Assembly (NCBI RefSeq): GCF_963921235.1
Contig: NC_086098.1
Span: 154,318,001 to 154,382,000, forward strand
Source: Mobula hypostoma
Taxonomy: Eukaryota
Direction of reading: 5' to 3'
DNA: 64,000 bases
The translations under genes were made by a program, and so were the position numbers. A model generated the notes under the pieces. The model saw only the letters and a list, made by a program, of their open reading frames with translations, had not been told where the DNA came from and did not search any database. Shown here one piece after another: positions 13,470 to 25,064 of this stretch (its first letter is position 1; every line of letters begins with the position of its first letter).

Positions 13470-13990
13470 ATAAACAGACCGTTTGGCACAACTCGTACCT
13501 TTCTGAGCTAATCCTATTTGCTTGCGTTTGACCCATCTCCTGCCAAACATTTCCTAGCTGTGTAGCTGTCTAAATGTATCTAAACGCTCTTTATGCGCCC
13601 GCCTCTGGGGCTTCCTTTAGCAGCCCGTTCCATAAACTCACCACCTACTATAACTTGCTGCACTTTTTCCTCTGATCTGAGACTACAACATCAGCTTTAG
13701 ACTCTTCTACCCCGAGGAAATGACTGGGACCCTTCACTTTATCTAAACCGCTATGATTATACAGTGTATACCTCTGTAAATAATCCGACTGCCTCCTAGC
13801 TCCACAGAAAACACCCGTTGCTTCTCCAGTTTCTCCTTCTAACTCAAGCATGAAGTCCCTGTAACATCTTCGCGAATCTTTTCTGGGCATGAAACTGAAC
13901 TCTGGAACTTCTAATAGTCCTTGGAAACCTGGAGGGCCATGGGAGGCCTGGGAAACCTTGATGACCTTGAACGTAAACGAGAGATGCTGG
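13470..13990 (-). mobile_element. Degenerate CR1 3' fragment, minus strand
   Basis: Reverse complement of a CR1 3' end (cataaacagaccgtttggc...ctaatcctatttg; atctaaaccgctatgattat...cctct). Confidence 0.5.
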
Positions 13991-14136
13991 GAGCGTGGAT
14001 TTCCAACATGTACTTGAGAAGCTCGGAAGGTAGCCTTGGGATGAACACAGAGAATAGAAGGAACCCTCGCCTTCTGCTGGCAGATGTCTGAAGTGCTGTC
14101 GCACCTCCTCTGGGTCCATTTATGGCGGGGTCCGAC

Positions 14137-16693
14137 TGTCACAGTGTGCACAGTCAGATGACTGAACCCAGGTGTGGACACTCCCATGTAGAGACAGAAA
14201 CAAGAGTTTATTCATGCTAATTCAATCAGAATATCGGTGGCTTTACTAAGGGACACCACAAGACGAATCATTCTCAACACACAAGCAGCCACAGTAAGCG
14301 CTAATTGGGAGCCTGCCTTAAATAATCAGAGTACGTGGAAAACCCATGCCAGTCAAAATAAACTTGACAAGTTTAAACAGAAAGTCCAATGGCTTCCTGA
14401 CTCCAGACAAGGCAACGATTAATGAATACAACTGCACAGACCCGCAGGGCTCATGACCCAGGAGGAGGTAAGTATACAGGGCCTGGTCTACGACTTGACT
14501 AGGAGAGCGGAACCAGGGCACAGAACTTGGGACTAGGAGCCTGGACTTGGACTCCGAGCCAGAGACTGGGCAAGGACCCTGAACCTGGAACTTGACTCGG
14601 GCTCGGACTCCAGAACTAGGCGAGAACAAGGCATGGCTACAGGACGAGGAGAGGCAACGGGACTGGACGTGAGACTCCTGGACAGGACTAGGGAATCCCA
14701 GTACAGGACGAGGGAACCCCAGCACCGGGCTGGGCAAGGTACTCCTGGGCTGGGGAAAACACATGGACAAGACAAGAAAACAAAGCCATGGCTTGGACAG
14801 GCCAAGATTCTTGGATCATGGCTAGGACTGGACAAGACCCGGAAGCCTTGACTAGGTCGAGGGAGAGACAAGAACGCAGAGCCTTGCTCGAGGGAGAGAC
14901 AGCAACATGGAATACAGAGCCGGGATCCCTTCTTGGAAACAGGACGTAGGGCCGGGACTCAATACGCGGAATGCAGAATACGACGAGACGATTCCCAACA
15001 CAAGGCAGCGGCAGACAGCCGGCCCTACCTAGCGAAGGCGTGGACACAGACGGTTCCCAACACTAGGTAGTGGCAAACGGCTGGACCTAACTTGTGAAGG
15101 TGTGGACACAGAGACAGTTCAAAATAACGATAGACAGTTCCTTATCTTGCTCCGGCGATTGAACTAGACAGCGATGCAGGCGAGGGTTAGAGGCGAGACA
15201 AGGCTTCAGATGCGGCAAGGCGAGGCAAGGCTTTAGACGAGGCAAGGCGAGGGAAGTCTTCAGACGAAGCAAGGCTTCATACACAGGTTGCAGGGGCATA
15301 GCAATACTTCAGGAGTAAGGGGCAGAGAAGGACTTCAGACAGGGGGTATGGACAGAAACAATCCAGCAGCCAGAGACTGAATCCTGAAGGTATTTATGAA
15401 GCCAGCACAAGCGAGAATCAGTTGCCTCAACAGAAACTGGGGAAAACCAGAAAACCTGGAATAAGGAGCCTGGACCGGACCATGGTAACACCCCCCACTC
15501 TATGGGAGCCTTCTGGCGACCCAAAAGGCTTCTCCAGACTATGGACGACACAGGCGGGTGGGGGATGGGGGAAATTCAACAGGAGATGACCCAGGATAGC
15601 GAGAGTTAAACGACAGTGTCTGTGCGCTAGGTCCAAGTCTGGCTGGATTGTTCTGTCATAAGGGGGCGGCTGGGAGCGGACCCAACTGCAAGACACAGAC
15701 ACTGTAGCACTAGGAACAGGACTAGGCGTGTCAAGGAAGCAAGGGAAATGGGGAAGAAAGGACGCTGGACATGATACAGACCCTGGACAAGACAAGGATA
15801 CAGGGCCTGGGCTAGGACTTGACTAGGATAGCGGAACCAGGACATGGAACTTGGAACTAGGAGCCTGGAGTTGGACTCCGAGCCAGAGACTGGACAAGGA
15901 CCCAAAACCTGGGACTTGACTCGGGCTCGGACTCCAGAAGTAGGCGAGGGCAAGACGTGGCTACGGGACAAGAAGAGTCAACAGGACTGGACGTGAGACT
16001 CCTGGACTGGACAAGGGAACCCCAACCCAGTGCGATGGAACCCCAGCAACGGACTGGGCAAGGTACTTCTGGGCTGGACGAGACACATGGAAAAGACAAA
16101 AACGAGGGAGAGACAGGAACATGGAACACAGAGACGGAACCCCTCCTTGGAAACAGGACGTAGGGCCGGAACTCATACACAGAACACAGAGCGGGACCCC
16201 TTCTTGGGACTCATTACACAGAATGCAGAATACGACGAGACGGTTTGCAACACAAGGTAGCGGCAGACGGCCGGACCTACCTAGCGAAGGCATGGACACA
16301 GAGGCAGTTCAAAACAACGATAGACAGTTCCTTATCTTGCTGCGGTGATTGAAGTAGACAGTGGAGCAGGTGAGGGTTACAGACAAGGCAAGGCGAGGCA
16401 AGGCTTCAGATGACCCAAGGCGAAGCCAGGCTTCAGACGAGGCAAGGCTTCAGACACAGGTTGCAGGGGCATGGCAAGACTTCAGGAAAAAGGGGCAGAG
16501 AAGGAATTCAGACAGGGGGTATGGAGAGGAGCAATCCAGCAGCCAGAGGCTGAATCCTGAAGCTACTTATCAAGTCAGCACAAGCGAGAATCAGCTGCCT
16601 CAACAGAAACTGGGGGAAACCGGAAAATCTGGAATAAGGAATCTCTGCCGGACCGTGAACCAGAATGCGGATTTCACGGACCGGACCATGACA
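14137..16693 (-). mobile_element. Non-autonomous two-LTR element (TRIM-like): 5' LTR 16693-15654, 163-bp internal region 15653-15491, 3' LTR 15490-14137
   Basis: The minus strand begins TGTCATGGTCCGG, like the LTR at 58401, and the 5' LTR ends ...ttatgaca. The internal region has a PBS-like/gag-start remnant (gaacaatccagccagacttggaccta) and PPT (atagagtgggggg). 14478-14760 aligns with 15798-16080. Confidence 0.75.
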
Positions 16694-19589
16694 TCCAGTT
16701 CTTCAGCCGACACTAACGACGATGAAAATACTTCAGCCACGGCTCTCACAATTTCTGCTCTCGCTTCCACAATATTCTTGGATATACAGATACCTGATCA
16801 GGAGCCCGGAGGTTTATTTACCTGCACTCATTTTAAGACGCCCAACACCTCTTCTACTGTGATGCGGGCTTTCCACAAGACTTCCCCACTAACTATTTCA
16901 ATTTGTGAAACCTTTACGTCTTTCTCCACTGTAACTAAAAATAGAAGTATGTTCTTCAACGTTTCCCAATAGTTTTTTTTTTCCTCCGTCATCTCAATAA
17001 GCAGGTGAATATAGTGTACATGAAAGTGCTGTTAGCTAGGTTTAAGAAAGAATATAGATTTTGCGTTTCTTTGAAAAATCGCAGGGATCTTGCAAATACT
17101 AACAATGAATTAGTCCCAAACCCCCGGGGCCAGAGGGCGCAAGACACCTGTGTCCCTTCCCAAGATTCTCGCTGGAAATCAGTGGCTCAGTGATTGGAAA
17201 GAAGTTGCCAATCTGCCAACTTTCTTTCAGGGAGCAATAAACTGCCGGTGTATGGGTCGGATGATATGGCACATTGAAACACTACTTCAATATGTCAGAG
17301 AAGATAACGGCGTTAAATATAACCAGGCATAAAATGAAGCCAAATTATAAACTGTGCAATGATATAACTCCTTCTCGCAGCCGATAGTTTATTTTGCGGG
17401 AAAAGTGTGAGAAAGCATAGGTGCTCTTTACCCCAACCACCTCAACAACCCAAATCAGCTTTCAGCGCTAATGTTTAATGGCTGTGCCTAAACACGCAGG
17501 CGAGGCTTACAGCGGTATTCATGGCGGTTTAGGAGTTTGGATGTGGCAGAAAATGCGTTAGGAATTGCTCTCCAGAATTACAGATGTGCTTAATAATATA
17601 CATAATGAAAGATGGGAAAATCACCAAACACTCAACTAAACTAATGATTCGGCTGCCACTGTTTTGTTAAAGAGCTCGAAGTAGCAAATGTTTAACTGCA
17701 GAATTAAACAGATTTAAGGCAAAGCTGTGGTTAAATAATTGGCCGATGCAACGCTATGATGACCTTCATTTACGTTTGCAAATTTCACACATCTTAGCCA
17801 CTTTAAAAGCATGCTCGCAGGTAGACAGAACATACTGCACTCCGCGGCGAGAACATTCGCCGTCAGAGAATAGTGTTTTTATATAGCCAGGCTATTGTGA
17901 CCTTTATGTCTTTATTGTGTCTTGCTATGACTAATATCCGTTTGATGTTGAAACAACAAAGCAACACCTTACGTGAGAACTACAATAAGTAGACGTATTG
18001 TAGCAGAGCTGTTGAAATTTCACCAGCTTTGCTAGACTTGTTATATTCACACCTTTGTAAAGATAGCATCGGTTTTCGTAAATGAGATAACAACTATTCT
18101 GCCGATAGGCTGCAAAGAAAATTTTGAGATACATTCCTTGCATTAATCTCCCATCGTTCTAAACTACATTCTCTGCCCGTTTAGCATTTCGCCTCAACCT
18201 TAAATTGCACTCTATCTTTTCCAGGCTTTCCCTTACCAGCGATCAGATTTAATTGCTAACCTGATGCTTACATTGGACGAGCAGCTCTGCCACCAGCCGA
18301 TCGGAAGACAGTCGCGGCGGTGGGATCGCTGGCTAGTCGCCGACTCTCTGACCGTCCAGCAGTAGCAGCAAACATAAATTCCTATTTGTACCATTGGGAA
18401 CTTAAATCTCCGGTTATATGTTCGGTGTTATTTCTAACATCCAGTTTTATTTATCCGATAAAATCACCGATGCCGAGCTAAAACAAGGAAAGCATACTTG
18501 AAATACAAACCTCCAGTATACGATGTATCAAGACGCTAATTGGGAATAAAGTGGGAAAAACTGCTAAATAGGAGGAGGTGGGAAGATTGGGGGCTGGACG
18601 AGGAATTGTCGGGTGGTTGGGGCACATAAGGGTGACAGCGGACATTCATTCGCTGAGTAGGGGATGTTTGGGGGCAGGTTGGAAAGTTGGAAGATGGCTG
18701 GGGATTCAGGGGGAAGGATGACAACAGCTGGCAATGGAAGGGAAGATTTGGGGGCGGGTCAGTAGAGTTGGCATATCGGATTTTGGGGAAGGATTGGTAG
18801 ATCTGAATACGGAAGATGTCACTCTGGGCAATGGTTGTGGTGACCGTAAATAGGAAATTTAGTGAGATGAGAGGATGCTGGTAATGAGCGGGAAAGGTGA
18901 GAGAAGACAATCCAGGGTTCCTAAAACATACAATAGGAAACGGAACACAAATGCCTCATCCTGAAATATAAAAAGGAGGAAAAGTAAATTTCCCATGATT
19001 TTCTTAAACGTTCCTCTTGCATGCATAGCCGAATAATTCCCGGAATAAGGGAAAAATTAACATACTGCTGTCAGTGTACCACGGAGTTACTTTTACCCAG
19101 AAGAGTAAAATAGTTCGCAAAAGAAAACGCGGTATTTGTCTAATTGTAGTATTTCGTTAAGAGTGAAACTAAACAGGCAGAAAATAAATCTCTGCTAGGA
19201 TTAATTTCAAATAGATTCCATTCGCTGCCTTTCCAGTAGATGCTGTAGATCTAGGACAGACACCGATGATCTCAGACAGAATTAAACTGGTGGATATTTA
19301 AGGAAGAAATGAGTGGAAGAGAATTTTGAGTTGTATCAAAATAACGCCGACGATAACCCAGCAGCTGAAAGGTTTTATAAGCAGAAAAATGCTTTATTCC
19401 CTGCAGAACGCGGAAAGAGTATTGTGGAAGGGTAAAAGATAAGTAGTTTAGCAGGAAGTGTTTCTGTCTCAGCAGCTACCTATTTTCACTAATCCTATCA
19501 CAATCCCATTTTTATTGTCCTCGCATGCATTCCTATTATCTTTCTACCTCCCCCCCCCCCCCCGCCCTTTACCTTGGGGAAAATTATAG

Positions 19590-19745
19590 TGGATATAAAG
19601 ATCACAAGCCGCTCGTCTTTTGTGTGCGGGAACAAGAGGTTCCCATAGGAACATCTCGGAAACTCCCCAGAGTCAGGTTCAGCGGTCGCGATTGAACCCA
19701 TTTCTCGGGGGGTTGGAGGAAGTGTCCCTACTTGCTGCGCCTTGG
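19590..19745 (-). mobile_element. Degenerate tRNA-derived SINE (V-SINE/HE1-like)
   Basis: Reverse strand has ggcgcagcaagtag (A-box-like), gggttcaatcgcgacc (B-box-like), then ggggagtttcc...cacacaaaagacg resembling the V-domain. Confidence 0.45.
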
Positions 19746-20499
19746 TGCCGCCTATAAAGAAAATAAATAATTAGCTTGGTCGGCGTATCATACAAGTCTT
19801 GCTATGACTGTGTAGCGAGAAGCTAATTGGAGGCGTTAGGTCACAGGTATTTTTCTCTATGTAATGTCTGTAATATCCGGTTAGCGCTGTCTGCACGCGA
19901 ATATCGAGACTGCGTCTGAACTTCAATGATTGCTCTCGAATATTACCATTTCCCGGAGCGCCAGTGTGTGACCGCCGTGTTAATGTGAAAGTGTAGGTCG
20001 AGTATCAGTATCGGGAAAGGAAGGAGTCAGAAAATAGTGGCGGAGACTTGAATAGGTCTAAAATATCAACAGGGGTGAGCACTGCAACAGTTTCAAAGCG
20101 AAGGAGGGGCCACTGCAGGCTGGCTTCATCTGAACCAGTAAGTGCCGGGACATTTCTGTATCGTACTATTGGTTTCAGGAAATAAAGCTAATGTTGATGA
20201 TAAGTTTGTAAGTGTAGGTTTATACGTGTCTGGTGATTGCGGAGAGCATGATAGTGGGACGCTGCCATGTCGATTCCCCGTTTATAAACTTGGTCGGCGG
20301 AATCAGAGCAAAATTCGGACTAGCGAACAGAAGGACTCCCTCACAGTTCTGAGGAAAGGTCGCAGGACCGAATCATTGACCGTTTCTCTTGCGGAAGGCA
20401 TAGTCAGACTTATTGCCACCCACCCCCCACCGCCGACCATTTTCTGCTTTCTTTTAAACTTAGATTTCAGCCTTTGGTTCAAGAGTCTGATGGCTGAGG

Positions 20500-20610
20500 G
20501 GTAGTAACTGTCCCTGAACCTAGTGGTATGAGTCTGAGGCTCCTGTATCTTCTTCTGGGTAGCAACAGCGAGAGGAGAGCATGTCCTGGGTGGTGGGTCG
20601 CCCTGATATT
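20500..20610 (-). mobile_element. Short Rex1/Babar-type LINE fragment
   Basis: gtaactgtccctgaacctagtggtatgagtctgaggctcctgtatcttctt resembles the antisense of the Rex1/Babar RT C-terminus. Confidence 0.35.
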
Positions 20611-21785
20611 GATGGGGATTAACTTTGTGCTATTTGACGCGGATTCCAAGTTAGCGTGAAATTACAAAATACGAATGCCTTCCTGAAACGGGACAGCCGG
20701 TAGTCAATAGCGAACTCTTTCCGCATTGATTAGTCTCCGCCTCTCAGGTTTCACAGATGTTTGGTTCAAGACTGAGCGCCATTCGTGTCAGAAACAATTG
20801 ATCGTTCAATGGCGTAATCACACATTGGACTGGAAATTTTCCATGCCTGTTCAGTCATGTTACGGCGTTTGCAGTAAAATCTGAAAAATTGGGCATATTC
20901 CTTTAATCAAACAGTAGTTTCAGAGTGAGGAACAAAACAGACACCGAGGCTCATCACCTTTCACCAGAACCAAAATTCAGATAAAAGGTGTTACAAGCAA
21001 AAGGAGGTGAGAACAGTAAATGGTTCGCAGAGATTTGCTGAGTGCGAACTGATTAAAAAATGCAAAATGATATGACGATGCACGGCAAGGGAAACAACAA
21101 CCAAGCTCCGTTTGTAACACGATCTAGCTAACACGCTACGCGACTTTCACGATTTCTGGTTTCATTGCAGATTCCCAGCATTTATTTTGCTTCGGTGCTG
21201 ACTGACTTGTCGGAAAGCAGTGATCGTGAGTTGCAGTTGCTGGAAGGAGGGCGTCGGAACATCAGCGTGGCGTTCCTCTTTAAGCAGCAACTGGGAGTAA
21301 ACTACAGACATTTCATCCCCGTGGGCTCTTATTATAGAAATACACTGCGATAGCGGTAGCTCATCAGGAAATATTGAATTAACTTCTGGAATGGCAGGAC
21401 ACGTGGCTACAGATGCAGTTTTCTGATTAAAGGAGTTGTGCTGCCTTTTATAGTACCAGCTGTTGGCCGTCTTCTCAGCACAGCGATTCAATTATTGCAA
21501 GGTTTAGAGAATGTAGAAAAGGCTGCGCGTAGCCATTGACAGAACTTAGATAAGCAAACGGCGAGTGGGGGATCCCGCATATCCCGTAAAGAAATGTTTT
21601 CAGTGTTGTTTTAAGCTGGGGTTCGTATCCTCACCATCAATGCAATGTGGACGAAGTTCTGTACGAAACAGCAAAGAAGGGAGACGTAAACACGAGGAAT
21701 TCTGCAGATGCTGGAAATTCAAGTAACACACATCAAAGTTGCTGGTGAACGCAGCAGGCCAGGCAGCATCTCTAGGAAGAGGTAC

Positions 21786-21821
21786 AGTCGAGGTTTCGGG
21801 CCGAGACCCTTCGTCAGGACT
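21786..21821 (-). ncRNA. Minimal type I hammerhead ribozyme motif (left arm, minus strand; stem III G16.2 replaced by C)
   Basis: Reverse complement reads AGTC-CTGACGA-AGGGTCTCGGCCC-GAAA-CC-TC-GACT. Confidence 0.6.
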
Positions 21822-21837
21822 AACTCTTCCTTCAGTT

Positions 21838-21873
21838 AGTCCTGACGAATGGTCTCGACCTGAAACGTCGACT
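21838..21873 (+). ncRNA. Minimal type I hammerhead ribozyme motif (right arm; stem II closing pair altered to U-U)
   Basis: Reads AGTC-CTGACGA-ATGGTCTCGACCT-GAAA-CG-TC-GACT; stem I AGTC/GACT pairs perfectly. Confidence 0.65.
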
Positions 21874-24157
21874 GTACCTCTTCCTAGAGATGCTGCCTGG
21901 CCTGCTGCGTTCACCAGCAACTTTGAAGAAGGGAGACTGTTGAGGGGGAAGGGCCATTTTCAAGTCCTCTGCAGAGAATGATTCCTTTTGTCCTCTGCCA
22001 GATTCCTCGCATTCCATTCAGGGTTCCATGCAAAGGATATCGGTTCGCCAGAATGGGAATCGGGGGTTGCGGTATATACTTTCCTGATCCATTGCTGTAA
22101 AGAGGAAGTCATTCGACCCGTACCCGCTTCCCTGTAAGTAGTGTGTGAATGATTCGAATGACGAGAAATGTGAGGTGTGGCCACACGCACCAATTTCCTG
22201 TCCTGTGTGTGTGCGTGTGTATTTCTCAGTTTTTATCTATAGTTTTTTTTCTCACAAATTCTGCTGTATTTCACTATTTTCCTGTAATTGCCTCTAAGAA
22301 AATGAATTTCAATGTAAAATATAGTGATATATAGCACCTTGATAATATATTTCCGTAGAAATTAACCTATGATTCCTCTTTTTTTACAGATGCCTGCACC
22401 AACGATTGCTCTGAGCAGGAAATTTTTACATGGTCTGAAAAGTGCCGGGCACTTCTAATGTTTTTTTTTGTAATATATACACTGTGATATTTAGATCAAA
22501 ACTAGAAACACCACATGCATTTGATTTTATTCATTAATTGGAGGGTATAATGAAATAGAGTACAACAAAAATATCTTTTACATTTCATATACTTTTTCTG
22601 GACTGCCTTTAAAACAGCTGTACAGGAACAAAGGCTACATGGGTGGGAACATTTTAGTTATTGTGCAGCCACGCCCCAAGCAGCTTAGAGGAAACAGTGA
22701 CATTGCCTGCTAATTTTTCTGATTAGTTATCAATATTTAGGTCAAATTAGTGAGGCTAATTTAACCTAGATCTACCACACACACCAATTCAAATGCTTAC
22801 ATACAGTGCAGATGAAGCCAAATATCTTTAGATTCTCTACCTAGATTCTCTAAAACCAGTTTTAAGGGGAACACACGTATATTTTGTCCGGTTCCCTTCT
22901 GTCTCCTCAGGAGCCTCTTTTGTTTTGCTGGATGGCAATTCATTTTGAAATGCTGCCCATGCTTTAATGTTGCAGAAGGACACTGTACCTCACACTCTCT
23001 ATGATCCTCGCTGTTTGGCATAGCCAGCTCCTGCCTTCACCTCCCTACAAACCGGCACACCTGAACAACCATTACAGTAAGGATCAAGGCGAGCAATCCA
23101 GCTGACATCCCTTCTCAAAAGTCCTCCTCCCCAAATCCCAATGAAGTCTTGTTGATCAGTGGCATCATAAAACTTTTTTTTTATTATTGGCATCATAAAC
23201 TCAGTCCGAATTTCGACTGACTTTTTACAATGCTGATAAACATGTAATCATGAATGCAAGCCGTATTTCACTAAAATCCCCAAAACTGTATATTTCCACA
23301 TGTATGAACTTAATCACAAATCTTACCTGTCACCATCAATCAGCTTCCGTTACCCATGAGCGGGTGGCAGATGAAGAGTCATCAATTCATAGTAATATGT
23401 GCCACTGTCTCCTTGTTGGATATTATTTAATGTTAACTTGCTTCTGAATATGTTTTGCAGCTTGGTAATTTCCACCCAATGGGAAGGCTTCCTTTGGACA
23501 CGTACATATAAAATATGTAGAAGAAGAGACCAGAGTTTCAAATTCCCAGCATTAGTACTGGGTTGCTTCTTGTGCAGAATCCTACACTGAAAAATACTGT
23601 AAAACTCCGATGTTCGACACCAACTGTATGAAACGCCTATAGATCAGCATCTAGTTGTTCACCTCCGCCGGACTCTCTGTGGCCCCCGTCTTTGTGCTCC
23701 TTTTGACTCACTGATTCCCACCTCTCGTTCCAGCTGTTCGTTTAAATCCATCTGACACTTTCCCCTACACTCTTTTTAAACTTTCCATGATATTTTTTCA
23801 AATATTGTGGGTCCAAATCTATTCAGTCTGACAAATGTCTTCTTCATTTACATTGGATCGTCTCACCCCGGCACTTCAGACCTTGGCCAACCTAAATCAA
23901 CTTTAAGTAGCCTTCACTATTATGGCTGCACTTAAACAAGACACCTAAATCCCTTTTTTAGCCTATGACTTTTGTGTATTTAAATAATGTTAATATTTCG
24001 ATATTCTATCTTTCCATCAGGTAAAGAACAACTCATATTTGTCCACATTATACTCCAATTGCCTCGTTTTTGCCTACCAACTTAACACATCAATCTCCTT
24101 CCACACCTTGTTTGCATCCTCTCAAATTAGTTTCACTGTTACTTTTGTGTTGACTGA

Positions 24158-24236
24158 CTCGGTCCTCAGCCTTTTTTATATCATGGGCCCCGAACATTAA
24201 CCAAGGGATTTGTGGACCCCAGGTTGGGAAGCCCTG
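24158..24236. mobile_element. Short hAT-type MITE remnant (~80 bp)
   Basis: Right end ggaccccaggttgggaagccctg is a Charlie-like TIR; left end is degenerate. Confidence 0.4.
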
Positions 24237-24510
24237 CTCTAAATGCACAATATCAATCCCTGAGCCAGCACTGATCCCTGCGACATCACATTGGGCATAG
24301 GGTGCCAACCTGAAATTACCTTCATTTTCAATCATTACTGCTTATTCCTAGAAGAAACTGGTACATTTTTAGAACAAAGTGTGGCCCAGAGAGGCTGCAT
24401 TTGATTAGGTAAATCTAGAGAATAACAGAGAGTGTACAGGTATTTTTTTTTTTGCATTTTGGAATTAAATTTTAACGCTTGAACAAAACATATTGTTTTC
24501 TTTTAATATA

Positions 24511-24914
24511 TGAGGGGTGATTGATAAGTTCATTGCCTAAGGTAGAAAGTCAATTTTGGAAAACCTGGCACAATTATTTTTCCTATATTTAGTCCATACG
24601 GATCCCATAAGTTCGTGGACTAAAGTAGAAGGAGATGAGTTACTGACTTCAAACTTTCTGCATTTTCACTCAAAGAGTTGATCTGCACGTGCATGTAACG
24701 AGAACTGTAGAACTCATTTCCTTCTACCCTAGGCCACAGACTTATCAATCGCCCCTGCTATGGACCACTTCTACAAGGAAGGGATCCGTATGCTCCGCGA
24801 CCACTGGACTAAGTGTGTACGTGTAGGAGGGGACTATGGTGAAAAATAAATGTGCTAGGTTTTCTAAAATTGACTCCTTCTACTTTAGACCACAAACTTA
24901 TCAATCACCCCTCA
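24511..24914 (+). mobile_element. Mariner-derived non-autonomous element with TA TSD
   Basis: TIRs tgaggggtgattgataagtt and aacttatcaatcacccctca, flanked by TA. Internal remnant of the mariner C-terminus DHFYKEGIRMLRDHWTKCVRVGGDYGEK* at ~24763-24849. Confidence 0.9.
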
Positions 24915-25064
24915 TATGTCGTGTAGTCAGCTGAGAAAATAAGAACAGGAGAAATAATAGCACTCATTCAGCTCCCCAAGCTTTCACTGTTATTCAATAA
25001 GTTGATGGCTGATACTTTACCACATTGCAATTTGCTGCAGAGACCACATTTCCCTTGATTCACC

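Larger units (their letters stand above)
21689..21926. repeat. Penelope-terminus-type (MER6-like) palindromic element: 93-bp inverted arms 21733-21825 and 21834-21926 with an 8-nt loop
   Basis: The arms are reverse complements with 4 mismatches; loop is cttccttc. Half-copies of the same repeat are at 38157-38252 and 42373-42469. Confidence 0.9.

Noticed and set aside
14318-16972. Many Ser/Pro-rich ORFs
   Set aside because: Produced by low-complexity LTR repeats; not protein-coding.
17130-17140. CTCF-like core ccagagggcgc
   Set aside because: A single short partial match; cannot be supported without motif scoring or ChIP data.
18500-18910. G-rich purine-skewed stretch and minus ORF 18536-18910
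   Set aside because: Probably an old LINE remnant, but no diagnostic motif was readable.
21441-21452. TATAAAAG on the minus strand and ORF 21162-21491 containing SWYYKRQ
   Set aside because: No leader, V framework or splice structure follows; such motifs are expected by chance.
22970-23085. Open frame between an AG and gtaagg (possible host exon)
   Set aside because: The peptide is not recognisable and there are no supporting neighbouring exons.
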